Shown here one piece after another: positions 1 to 9,179 of a stretch of DNA of 64,000 nucleotides (positions within the stretch are counted from its first letter, which is position 1; every line of letters starts with the position of its first letter). The stretch comes from Obrimoposthia wandeli (taxonomy: Eukaryota), in assembly GCA_977020255.1 (NCBI GenBank), contig CDROCS010000410.1, positions 248,001 through 312,000 on the forward strand. Reading direction: 5' to 3'. The notes beneath the pieces are model-generated. The model saw nothing but the letters and a program-made list of their open reading frames with translations. It searched no databases and was not told the DNA's origin. The translations under genes and the position numbers were made by a program.

Positions 1-179
1 TCCATCATATGTCCTTATTTATAAAACTCTTATTTATAATATATATTTACTCATCATCCTGTAAAGAAATAGAAATATCTATCGTTAATATTGGTTCCGC
101 ATATAAAATAAAACCTAATATCAATCACTTTCATAGTAGAATGCCTAAAAGCTAAAACCGTGATAACAAGGGATAAACA

Positions 180-1382
180 GTGATTGGAAAACATAAATTA
201 GAGTTAGATACGCCGTGTCTAGTTATCGATAAGAGCAAGCTGATTAATAACATCGAGATGATGCAAACATTTGCAGCATCAAAATCGAAACATGTGCGCC
301 CGCATGCAAAAACGCATAAGTGTGTAGAGATATGTCAGTTGCAACTTGATGCGGGTAGCATAGGTATATCAATTACCAAACCAGCTGAAGCCTATGAACT
401 TGCCAAAGCCAAAATCCGTCACCTGCTTATCACCTCCCCGATTGTCACTAAACACAAATTGGCCACCTTAGCTAAGATCTTAAAATTAGCACCAGAAACA
501 ATGATTGTCGTTGATTCTGAAGTGAATCTAGCGCAGTTAGATGAATTAGGTAACGAGCTTAACCTGAGTATTAACCTTCTCGTTGATATTGACGCCGGTA
601 TCGGCCGGACTGGCGCATCTTTCGATACTGCGTTTGACTTAGCCCTTGCAGTCCACCAGCATAGCCACACAACGCTAAAAGGTATTCAGTGCTACGCAGG
701 GCATTTCCAACACATCCTTGGACATGACGAAAGACAACAAGCCTCGGCAGCACTATTGAATAAAGCCGGTCAGTTAAAACAAGATATAGAGCAGGCAACC
801 GGATTAATTAATCTGATCCAGTCAGGCTCTGGTACTGGCACCTACGAAATCGACAGTGATATTGCCTCTGTAACTGAAATACAGCCAGGTTCATACACAG
901 TGATGGATAAGGAATATTTCGATATTGAATATAGTATCGGTAATGGTGTCGGTAACAGTGTAGGTAACAGTGTAGGTAATAGTGTAGGTAATAGTGTAGG
1001 TAATAATGTCGGTAACAGCACTGATAATCGAGCGGGTCATTTTCAACCTGCGATGACATTACTGACCAGTGTTATTAGCGCAAACCATAACACTCATGTC
1101 ACCGTCGATGCGGGCACCAAAGCATTATACAAAGAGGCTACTCATCCACAGATCATCCGCCAGAATGGGATTAGTTGTGATGACCTTAGCTATGAATGGC
1201 ATTATTTTGGTGACGAACACGGTAAAGTATCAGGAAATAACTTACCTAGTGTCGGTACTGTTATTGAGATGATCGTGCCGCACTGTGATCCAACGATTAA
1301 CCTACATGACAAGTTCTATGTGGTTGAAGATGATATTGTTGTCGCTGTTTGGGATATCGCATTACGTGGTAAAATAGCCTAG
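180..1382 (+). CDS. PLP-dependent enzyme, D-threonine aldolase / D-serine dehydratase (DSD1) family, alanine-racemase fold
   Basis: LDTPCLVID N-terminus, RPHAKTHK PLP-lysine motif, TEIQPGSY, VDAGTKAL and HCDPTINLHD motifs; GTG start with AAGGGA SD. Confidence 0.85.
   Translation: MIGKHKLELDTPCLVIDKSKLINNIEMMQTFAASKSKHVRPHAKTHKCVEICQLQLDAGSIGISITKPAEAYELAKAKIRHLLITSPIVTKHKLATLAKILKLAPETMIVVDSEVNLAQLDELGNELNLSINLLVDIDAGIGRTGASFDTAFDLALAVHQHSHTTLKGIQCYAGHFQHILGHDERQQASAALLNKAGQLKQDIEQATGLINLIQSGSGTGTYEIDSDIASVTEIQPGSYTVMDKEYFDIEYSIGNGVGNSVGNSVGNSVGNSVGNNVGNSTDNRAGHFQPAMTLLTSVISANHNTHVTVDAGTKALYKEATHPQIIRQNGISCDDLSYEWHYFGDEHGKVSGNNLPSVGTVIEMIVPHCDPTINLHDKFYVVEDDIVVAVWDIALRGKIA
939..1022 (+). repeat. 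In-frame 12-bp tandem repeat, 7 units (GGTAAYAGTGTA consensus), encoding GNGV-(GNSV)4-GNNV-GNST
   Basis: Read directly from the sequence; units start at 939, 951, 963, 975, 987, 999, 1011. Confidence 0.95.
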
Positions 1383-1431
1383 CGATTATCGACTAAAATC
1401 CGCTATCTACTTACTTAGTTACCTAGTTAAA

Positions 1432-1457
1432 TCAGCCTGAGTTTCATCTCAGGCTGA
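1432..1457. terminator. Hairpin between convergent genes, probable terminator
   Basis: TCAGCCTGAG-TTTCAT-CTCAGGCTGA, perfect 10-bp stem; no strong U-tract. Confidence 0.6.
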
Positions 1458-1471
1458 ATGTAACATATAGG

Positions 1472-1993
1472 TTATGAGCCTTTTTTTACGGCTGTGTATT
1501 CATATAAGTTATTTTCAGAGTCATACAAGTTAACTGTACCAGTTTGTTTAAAACCAACCTGTTGTAATAACCGATTAGAACTCACATTATCTGGTAAGGT
1601 TATCGCTAGTACCATCGCCAAAGAATGCTTTTTCATTCCCTCTTTAAGTACAGCATTAGCAGCCTCTAAAGCATAACCTTGACCACAATAACGCGGTAAA
1701 AAAGCATAACCAAGATCAGGGTGTTGCAGCTCGTCACGTTTAAGTAAACCACACATGCCGATTGGCGTATTGGTTCCTTTTAACATGACCAAGTTTAAAC
1801 CAAAGCCAAACTGTAAATAGCTCGCTAGCGGACCAAGCGTTAGGTAATTTTCTGCGTCAGCGATATTGCGAACTTGTTTATCGGCAATATAACGGATAAA
1901 GGATTCTTCATTTAATAACTCAATAATAAATTCACTATCCGCTAAGGTGAAATGCCGGACACTTAACCTGTCACTCTCACATACAATTGCCAT
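1472..1993 (-). CDS. GNAT family N-acetyltransferase (RimJ/RimL-like)
   Basis: ESDRLSVRHFT, PIGMCGL, DLGYAFLPRYCGQGYALEA, N..S.RLLQQVGF. Confidence 0.9.
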   Translation of the reverse strand: MAIVCESDRLSVRHFTLADSEFIIELLNEESFIRYIADKQVRNIADAENYLTLGPLASYLQFGFGLNLVMLKGTNTPIGMCGLLKRDELQHPDLGYAFLPRYCGQGYALEAANAVLKEGMKKHSLAMVLAITLPDNVSSNRLLQQVGFKQTGTVNLYDSENNLYEYTAVKKGS

Positions 1994-2085
1994 TTAACAC
2001 CCTGTATCATTAAGTTATATTTCATCTTATTACTTATGAGTGAGGATTATTCATCAATCCTCTTCACAAGTCCTCTTCATAAATC

Positions 2086-2955
2086 CTAGGCTTTCACTGC
2101 CATCGCAGCCATTTTCATTATGCTTTCAAACGATTCTGCACCAGCAATAAACAAACCATTGTGGCAGAACATCGCATCAGCTAGACCTGTTTCGTCTTTA
2201 AACGCTTGTTCAGACAAACCAGCCCATGGTTTTGGCAATGATTTACGGTCTTCAAATGAACCAAGTTCAACAGGCACAGCTTGAATAGTCCATCGACCTG
2301 ACTGCGATGGGTAAACCATAAATAGTGCTTCTGGTGCTAAGTTTAATACCGATGTTTTCCATGGTGTATATTGCTCTAATACAATCACTTTTGGATCTGC
2401 AGCATTCTCAATCGCTTGAGCCACGATGTCTTTCGCATTAATACCACCAGCAGCAGATGCTATGAATCGAGTTAATAGACGTGATGCAAATGCCACAGCT
2501 TCATCAAAGCATGCATCCAAGTCGCTATCTTCTTCCCAAGTAGGATTGAACATTGAAATAGTCTGGCTAAGGCTAATACCTTGAGCGACACCTTCAACAT
2601 GGCCACAATCAACCGCGTCAATCGTAGACACTAAACCAGCGTCAACAGCATCAGCTATCTCTTGATTTCCTTGACATAATTCCAAGCCATATTTCTGCCA
2701 AATCAAACCAAATGAAGAAAAAGGAATACCGTTTTCACGCTGACCTGCACCACCACGTTGATGGTGATCAAAACGACCTGTATCAGGATCATATTTACCA
2801 CCGACATCGATCACAATATCAGCTTGACCAATAACCTCTAAATCACGCGTACGTACAAGATTAAAAGCCGGAAAAATGTGCTTAAGTGCAGCGATACTAA
2901 AAACATCATCTGCATGAAACTTACCGTTGTGCGTTGCTATTGTTATGTCATTCAT
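2086..2955 (-). CDS. MYG1 family protein (UPF0160, DHH-like exonuclease)
   Basis: THNGKFHADD, DVGG.YDP..GRFDHHQ, DA.FCHNGLFIAG motifs. Confidence 0.9.
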   Translation of the reverse strand: MNDITIATHNGKFHADDVFSIAALKHIFPAFNLVRTRDLEVIGQADIVIDVGGKYDPDTGRFDHHQRGGAGQRENGIPFSSFGLIWQKYGLELCQGNQEIADAVDAGLVSTIDAVDCGHVEGVAQGISLSQTISMFNPTWEEDSDLDACFDEAVAFASRLLTRFIASAAGGINAKDIVAQAIENAADPKVIVLEQYTPWKTSVLNLAPEALFMVYPSQSGRWTIQAVPVELGSFEDRKSLPKPWAGLSEQAFKDETGLADAMFCHNGLFIAGAESFESIMKMAAMAVKA

Positions 2956-3246
2956 TGTTTTGTGTCATTTTAGAAATAATATGTCGATTCTATACGAAGA
3001 CAGCGAACAAAAGTAGCTGATTTTTAATAACTGAAGTAGCAGTAATGTATCAAATAATGCATAAAACAGAGCCCTTAATTAAAAGGTGACGTATTAGGGA
3101 GGTAAACACAAAACTTAGTAAAATAGCGCATGTGATTTTCCAACGATATTTAGCTAACCATTATCGTGACTACCACTTATAAGTGAGTAGGGACTAACTT
3201 ACGCCACGACTATTAAGATTTTAGGCACTAATTCGTGTATAGTACC

Positions 3247-3312
3247 GCGAAGTGACTATTTCCAATGTGAATAGTAACGTGCAGAGTCAATAAATAGGGC
3301 CTGCCATTACGC
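3247..3312 (+). promoter_or_regulatory. Candidate structured 5' leader (three-way junction) upstream of the SSS transporter
   Basis: Hand-folded: GCGAAGTG/CATTACGC encloses ACTATT/AATAGT and GCAG..CTGC stems; matches no riboswitch consensus I recognise. Confidence 0.3.
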
Positions 3313-3365
3313 TTATCCAGCACATTAAAATAATAATCACCATTACCCCCCCCTCAAGGAGATCT

Positions 3366-4997
3366 ATGTTAGACCCAGTGTTTTATCAATTTTCAATAAG
3401 TACAACGCTCATACTCTTAATTGGCTTTTACGGCCTCACATTTCTCTTCTCTACCCTAGCCTCAAAAAAATCAGACAGTGTCGATGGCTATATGGTCGCC
3501 AACGGTGCAGTCGGATTCGGCATAGCAGCAGCAAGCATGACAGCAACCTGGATTTGGGCAGCCTCTTTTTACGGCGCGGCAAGTTCAGGCTACCAATACG
3601 GATTATCCGGTTCTTTACACTACGGATTCTGGGGCGCGTTGATGATTTTATTCATCTATCCCTACGGCCAGCGTTTTCGTGAACTAGCACCTAGAGCACG
3701 AACTTTAGCCGAAATAATGCAAGCACGACACGGTACATCAAGCCAGCTTATCTTAGCGATTTCAAACTTAGTTGGCAGTATTATCAGCCTGATGGTTAAC
3801 TTCACCGCCGCAGGTGCACTCGTATCAGTATTAACACCTTTGTCTTTCGAAACCGGCGTATTAATCGCGGGTGTGGGTGTTTTATCTTATACTTTATGGT
3901 CTGGTTTTAGAGCATCGATCTTAACCGATTTCGCTCAAGTTGTTGCCATGATGGTAGTGGCTATTGTACTGATCCCTTGGATCTATTTCAGCATGGGTGG
4001 TGCCGATGCACTGTCTCAAGGCTTCAATATAATCACCGCTGAACAAGCAGACTTTTTCTCGACCAAAGCTATGTTGGAACAAGGCGCACCTTTCTTTGTT
4101 GCAGTGCTCGCCTACGGTATTGGTAATCAAACCATTGCGCAGCGTCTATTTGCAGTGCGCCAAGATTTGATCAAATCATCATTTATTACCGCTACGCTCG
4201 GTTATGGCTCAATTGTTATCGGTTTAGGTATGTTAGGTATGATGGCGCTGCTTATGGGCATGACTCCACATGATGGCGACCTGAACAACCTTATCCCACA
4301 AGTAGCTTCTGCTTACTTACCACCGATTGCGATTGGCATGCTGTTCATCTTGGTGATTGGTTCGTTGTCATCAACTGCCGATTCAGATTTATCAGCACTG
4401 TCTGCGATTGTGATGACGGATATCTACGCGAAGAACTTAGCGAAAGGTAAAGTAGACAACAAGAAGATGTTGTTACTGGGTCGTTTAACCATGATTATAG
4501 CGACAGCGCTTGGTTTGATTCTAGCGAGCTTCTCACTGGATATTCTGGTGATGTTGGTATTTGTCGGTGCACTATGGGGAACATTAGTATTCCCTGTTAT
4601 CGCCAGTTGCTATTGGGACAGAGTCACCAACCGCGCTTTCTTAAGTGCCGTACTGGGTGGTTTAATTCTATTTTGTTTGGTTCGTTTCGAATGGATCGCA
4701 CTCATTGGCGCCTGGGCATCTAGCCTAGAGTTCATCGCTGCTGTTGGTGGTGGTACTGTGATTGGCTTAATGTTCTTTGGCTTTACAAATCGTAACGTCG
4801 CGCTTATCGCTGGCTCAATTGTCGGTGTGTTATGTGCGTACTACTTCCACGATTTCTTACGTGACTACACGGTTTTGCTTGGTTCACTGGTTGCCTATGG
4901 TGCAAGTACGATGATTTGTACTGCGATCAGTTTAGCAAGTAACGAACGTTTTGATTTTGCGTTGATTCATGAACGAGTTCAACATTTTGATGATTAA
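3366..4997 (+). CDS. Sodium:solute symporter (SSS) family transporter, DUR3/urea-transporter-like
   Basis: About 13-15 TM segments; ASMTATWIWAAS, YTLWSGFRASILTDFAQ, SSTADSDLSALS motifs; AAGGAG SD. Confidence 0.9.
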   Translation: MLDPVFYQFSISTTLILLIGFYGLTFLFSTLASKKSDSVDGYMVANGAVGFGIAAASMTATWIWAASFYGAASSGYQYGLSGSLHYGFWGALMILFIYPYGQRFRELAPRARTLAEIMQARHGTSSQLILAISNLVGSIISLMVNFTAAGALVSVLTPLSFETGVLIAGVGVLSYTLWSGFRASILTDFAQVVAMMVVAIVLIPWIYFSMGGADALSQGFNIITAEQADFFSTKAMLEQGAPFFVAVLAYGIGNQTIAQRLFAVRQDLIKSSFITATLGYGSIVIGLGMLGMMALLMGMTPHDGDLNNLIPQVASAYLPPIAIGMLFILVIGSLSSTADSDLSALSAIVMTDIYAKNLAKGKVDNKKMLLLGRLTMIIATALGLILASFSLDILVMLVFVGALWGTLVFPVIASCYWDRVTNRAFLSAVLGGLILFCLVRFEWIALIGAWASSLEFIAAVGGGTVIGLMFFGFTNRNVALIAGSIVGVLCAYYFHDFLRDYTVLLGSLVAYGASTMICTAISLASNERFDFALIHERVQHFDD

Positions 4998-5031
4998 GTA
5001 TCATTTGATCATTAACAGCTAGGAGCACAAT

Positions 5032-5154
5032 ATGATGTTATCCCTTTATATTTTAGTATGGCCAGTCATTTCAGCGGCAGTATTATTTGTAATAGTAAGA
5101 GCGTTTTTTAAAGACATGGCAGATGCCAAGCGCGAAGAGCGTGATATCGTTTAA
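5032..5154 (+). CDS. 40-aa single-TM putative transporter small subunit (absent from ORF track): MMLSLYILVWPVISAAVLFVIVRAFFKDMADAKREERDIV
   Basis: AGGAG SD at 5021-5025; YILVWP motif, TM helix and charged tail typical of small proteins downstream of this SSS subfamily; followed by a terminator. Confidence 0.85.
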   Translation: MMLSLYILVWPVISAAVLFVIVRAFFKDMADAKREERDIV

Positions 5155-5176
5155 TTGAACGGTTTTCGCAGGTAAA

Positions 5177-5210
5177 TAAAAAGGGTCTAAATTTCTTTAG
5201 ACCCTTTTTA
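5177..5210. terminator. Bidirectional rho-independent terminator
   Basis: TAAAAAGGGTCTAAA-TTTC-TTTAGACCCTTTTTA, perfect 15-bp inverted repeat between convergent genes. Confidence 0.9.
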
Positions 5211-5315
5211 GCAATAACTTAGATACAATTCAATATTCAATACAGCTGCAATACTATGTCGTACGTTAGCTCACAAAAGGTTGGCGTAACTAAGCTATCT
5301 TTTCATTGAGACGGT

Positions 5316-5564
5316 TTATTTATAAAACGCTTCAACTTTACCTTTCATTGTCATCATTAGCGGTTGACCACGACGATCTAATGCTTTGTGTGACGGTACT
5401 TTTACCCAACCTTCACTGATGCAATATTCTTCAACATCGAAGCGCTCTTTGCCGTTAAGCATAATACCAATGTCAAACTGGAAAACAGCTTCATCATGAT
5501 GAGGGCTGCGAGGGTTGCCTGAAAGGTGATCTGGTAAAGCTGGTTTCGATGTAGTGTCGTTCAT
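5316..5564 (-). CDS. DUF3297 family protein
   Basis: NPRSPH, VEEYCISEGWV, G.PL...MKGKVEAF signature. Confidence 0.85.
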   Translation of the reverse strand: MNDTTSKPALPDHLSGNPRSPHHDEAVFQFDIGIMLNGKERFDVEEYCISEGWVKVPSHKALDRRGQPLMMTMKGKVEAFYK

Positions 5565-5784
5565 GTTCGTGACCTGTAATAATAAAAGTGCGTCATTGTA
5601 GTCAATATAGGCCTAACGCTCAAGAGCTAGGGTAATAAATGTTAACCCTTGGCATCCTAAATGCGTAAATGTTTATAAAAGTATCAACTGTGACGATTTT
5701 CGCTGAAACTTTTTATTCCCATACAACAAATGACTAAAGCATTTAATCACAATGCATTAAGTTAATTGCTGATTACCAGAATCA

Positions 5785-6132
5785 TCAGCGAATAAACTCG
5801 GTAACGTGCCAAAGCTCTCCTGATGGTCCCCACAAGTAGATGACTTTACCCCAACCTTCTATTTTAATGGGTTCATATTTTATGCCCAAATGCTCCAGTG
5901 TAGATATAACCTCAAATGCTTCGTTAATATCTAACACTGAGAGTTGGAACATGAGATTACTCGCTAGCTCTTCGTTATAAAATCGTTGAAGAAAAAATGT
6001 ACACCCACCGTTTTGAAATAATGATAAGTCATCAGAGACAAAATCCATTTCAAACCCTAGCGCTTGATAAAAGGACTTAGATATTTCGTAATTCTTGCTC
6101 GGGATAAAAACCCTGATATCATCAACTTTCAC
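5785..6132 (-). CDS. VOC (glyoxalase/bleomycin-resistance) family protein
   Basis: IRVFIPSKNYEISKSFYQALGF ... WG...YLWGPSGELWHV; GTG start with AAAGGAG SD. Confidence 0.85.
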   Translation of the reverse strand: MKVDDIRVFIPSKNYEISKSFYQALGFEMDFVSDDLSLFQNGGCTFFLQRFYNEELASNLMFQLSVLDINEAFEVISTLEHLGIKYEPIKIEGWGKVIYLWGPSGELWHVTEFIR

Positions 6133-6177
6133 TACACTCTCCTTTGACAGTAAATACCAAAACTAATAAAGATCTTC

Positions 6178-6813
6178 TTATGTACTGGAACTAACTGCGA
6201 GCTTAAGACCTAAAACAACAAAAACAGTGCCAACAATCTTATCTAACAATACACTTATCCGTTTACTACTTCTTACTTTGGCCGTTAACTTGGAGGCCAG
6301 TAACACATATATAACCTCAACAATAACGGCTACTGCCACAACTAACAAACCTAAATAAAGTAACTGCATAGGCACTGTACCCTGCCCATCACGGATGAAT
6401 TGAGGTAAGAAAGCCATAAAAAATATAGCGACTTTGGGGTTCAGTATGTCAACTAATACCCCTTGCTTATATGCTTTCCAAGCAGATACTTTAAGTGCCT
6501 CATTTGGTGTGATATTTAGACTAGTACCTGCTGAACGAAATGATTGATATGCGAGATATAGTAAATAACCAACACCAACGTATTTCACAATGGTAAAAGC
6601 AAGGGAAGATGAGACCAGAATTGCAGATAAACCTAACGATGCAAAGGCTACATGGAAAAGAGCCCCCGTACATACTCCAAGAGCAGACGCGATACCAACC
6701 CTTTTTCCATTAGCTATTGTCTTGGTCAAGATATATAAAAGATCAGGACCAGGTGCAATATTAAGCGCTAAAGCTGTAGAGAGGAACAATAACCAGAAAT
6801 TGAAATCAGACAC
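6178..6813 (-). CDS. LysE family translocator
   Basis: PGPD, G...ALG...G, LNPKVAIFF motifs; about 6 TMs. Confidence 0.92.
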   Translation of the reverse strand: MSDFNFWLLFLSTALALNIAPGPDLLYILTKTIANGKRVGIASALGVCTGALFHVAFASLGLSAILVSSSLAFTIVKYVGVGYLLYLAYQSFRSAGTSLNITPNEALKVSAWKAYKQGVLVDILNPKVAIFFMAFLPQFIRDGQGTVPMQLLYLGLLVVAVAVIVEVIYVLLASKLTAKVRSSKRISVLLDKIVGTVFVVLGLKLAVSSST

Positions 6814-6981
6814 GAAAAATCCTTATTTCGATAAATACAAAGGAGACATAACGCTGCAACACACATATATCCCATTGGTCTAAATATAATATGTAACATG
6901 CCTCTACTCAATTTATAGTACTGGGGCTCCTTTACAAATTCAAGAGGCGTGTACATTTCAATATATTTGCATATAAAACCA

Positions 6982-6997
6982 CTGTATACTTAAACAG
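6982..6997. promoter_or_regulatory. LexA (SOS) box upstream of the VOC gene
   Basis: CTGTATACTTAAACAG = CTG-N10-CAG with TATA-rich core, 26 bp before the ATG at 7024. Confidence 0.7.
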
Positions 6998-7023
6998 CCC
7001 CAAGCCAAATAAAGAGATTACAT

Positions 7024-7386
7024 ATGTTTATTATTGATTCTATCGTTCTTTATGTTGAAGACATTAATCGTAGCAAAGACTTTTACGCTGATATTTTCGA
7101 CTGTGAACCACAGGTATTATCGCCTACTTTCGTGGCATTAGAATTTGCGTCGAATGTAACGATTACGCTTAAACAATCTGCCGATTTAACGCCTGCGAGT
7201 AGTGTGACAGGCGGTGGCACTGAGCTCTCAATGCCTGTCGCGGATAAGACTACATTTGATGAACTATACCAATCATGGTGTACAAAAGGCGTTAAGTTTG
7301 CACAAACACCTGTAGAACTTATTTTTGGATTCAACTTTGTTGCTTTAGACCCCGATGGTCATCGTATTCGCGTTTTCACTAAATAA
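7024..7386 (+). CDS. VOC family protein (EhpR/drug-binding type)
   Basis: IVLYVEDINRSKDFY, FG..FVALDPDGHRIRV. Confidence 0.85.
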   Translation: MFIIDSIVLYVEDINRSKDFYADIFDCEPQVLSPTFVALEFASNVTITLKQSADLTPASSVTGGGTELSMPVADKTTFDELYQSWCTKGVKFAQTPVELIFGFNFVALDPDGHRIRVFTK

Positions 7387-7413
7387 TGTAGCCATCTGTT
7401 ATGCCTATATAGA

Positions 7414-7442
7414 AATGTCCAAAGCGATTAACCTTGGGCATT
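7414..7442. terminator. Hairpin between convergent VOC and DMT genes
   Basis: AATGTCCAA ... TTGGGCATT stem with one G-U pair. Confidence 0.4.
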
Positions 7443-7549
7443 ATCTAGCGAACTTGATTACGAGGTTCAGTATATAGCGATCCTTGTTATCAGAAAAATG
7501 GTTCAAACACCGTCTAGGTGGCATTTAATAATTAAAATCTATTCGGTTT

Positions 7550-8425
7550 TTATTTCGACTGCTTGAGAGTGAAATAATATTTACCTAAAATCACCATTAA
7601 TATACCACCAAGGACAATGGCAGCTGAAATAATTAAGCGAGTTGTAATGGTCTCAGACACAAACATAACCCCGCCCAGTGCGGCAATCACTGGAACAGAC
7701 AACTGAATAACAGCCGCTTGTGTTGAAGATAAGCTGGTAAGCGCGATATACCATATTGTATAACCGACTCCAGACGTTATAGCACCTGATAACAAGGCTA
7801 ATATAATCCCTTCTGATGAATAATTTAGCTTATGCAGAGTAAAAACGACTAATAACACCACAAAAGGAATTGTTCTTAAAAAGTTATAAGTCGTATCCAT
7901 CAACGGATTTTTGGAGCTACGCCCTTTTAATGTATAAACACCCCATGCAACCCCAGAAACGGTCATTAGTAGGAGTCCGTTAATTGAAGGTGTGGTAACA
8001 CTCGGTAGGACTAGATAAATAAACCCAGTAAAAGCAACGATAACACCAGTCCACTCGCTAATATGCAATCGCGTACCAGACATAAGCGACAGCAATATCA
8101 TGGTAATTTGCACTGCACCAAAGAGAATAAGAGCACCGGTACCAGTATCAACAGAAAGGTAAGCATATGAAAATGTAATAGCATAAAGGAACAACATAAA
8201 ACCAGCAGTCCAACTGCCTTTAGATGATACACCTTTATTACGTCCTTTCATGCTTAAAATAATGCACAGAACGATAGCGCCTGACAACAATCTAATTATC
8301 GTAAAGCTCGATGCATCAATAGCACCACTGCCCAAGGCTAAACGGCATAGTACCGAGTTGGCTGCAAATGCAATTAACGCCAAACCGGTAAGTAAGCTTG
8401 TTTTTAATAAAGATTTATTAGTCAT
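7550..8425 (-). CDS. DMT/EamA family transporter
   Basis: About 10 TMs in two EamA repeats; AFAANSVLCRLAL, SGVGY.IWY. Confidence 0.9.
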   Translation of the reverse strand: MTNKSLLKTSLLTGLALIAFAANSVLCRLALGSGAIDASSFTIIRLLSGAIVLCIILSMKGRNKGVSSKGSWTAGFMLFLYAITFSYAYLSVDTGTGALILFGAVQITMILLSLMSGTRLHISEWTGVIVAFTGFIYLVLPSVTTPSINGLLLMTVSGVAWGVYTLKGRSSKNPLMDTTYNFLRTIPFVVLLVVFTLHKLNYSSEGIILALLSGAITSGVGYTIWYIALTSLSSTQAAVIQLSVPVIAALGGVMFVSETITTRLIISAAIVLGGILMVILGKYYFTLKQSK

Positions 8426-8533
8426 ATATACTCAATTCACACATGCTGTAAAAACACTAACGAACTAAATTTTGAGTGAAGAGTAAGTATTAATTACTCA
8501 TATCTTACTCTTCATTAATCATGATTTATTTAG

Positions 8534-9091
8534 CTAGTCACGTTTGTATAAAGCTTCAATTGTACTTGATTCGATAGTGTTTCCATTTATCATGTAGCCC
8601 GCCAACGCACCAGAAGCATCTTTAGGTAACTCAAGTTTCTCGACAGAAAGTGCGTGTATCGTAAAGCGGTAGTGATGTATACCATGACCTTCTGGCGGGC
8701 ATACGCCACCAAAACCACGGCTGCCGTAATCATTTTGTATTTGTGTACTGCCTACAGGTGCACGATTAGTTTTAGTATCCCCTGCGCCAGCCGGTATTTC
8801 CATCACAGTCATCGGTATGTTTACAATTTGCCAATGCCACCAACCACTGCCAGTAGGTGCATCGGGATCATAAGCAGTAATAGCAAAGCTTTTTGTTCCT
8901 TTCGGTGCGTTCACCCATTCTAGCTGTGGCGATACATCACCGCCTGAACAACCAAATCCATTAAATTCCTGTGTTTTAGACATATATTGCCCTTGAGCAA
9001 TGTCTTCGCTCGATAATGTAAAAGAACCTGCAAATACAGATGCAGAAACACTGAGCGATAAAACCGATAGAAGCTTAAGTGTATGGCGCAT
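8534..9091 (-). CDS. YbhB/YbcL family (PEBP, Raf-kinase-inhibitor-like) secreted protein
   Basis: Signal peptide; DPDAPTGSGWWHW, GG.CPP.GHG.HHY.FT. Confidence 0.92.
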   Translation of the reverse strand: MRHTLKLLSVLSLSVSASVFAGSFTLSSEDIAQGQYMSKTQEFNGFGCSGGDVSPQLEWVNAPKGTKSFAITAYDPDAPTGSGWWHWQIVNIPMTVMEIPAGAGDTKTNRAPVGSTQIQNDYGSRGFGGVCPPEGHGIHHYRFTIHALSVEKLELPKDASGALAGYMINGNTIESSTIEALYKRD

Positions 9092-9179
9092 AATAATCCT
9101 TATTAGTATGTTTGATTGAAACCATATATTAGTCCTTTACTTGCATTCTCTATAGCCTAAAAACAGTCACATTTTCGCC

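Noticed and set aside
939-1022. Tandem repeat as a CRISPR array
   Set aside because: 12-bp head-to-tail units with no spacers, in frame within a CDS; no cas genes in the window
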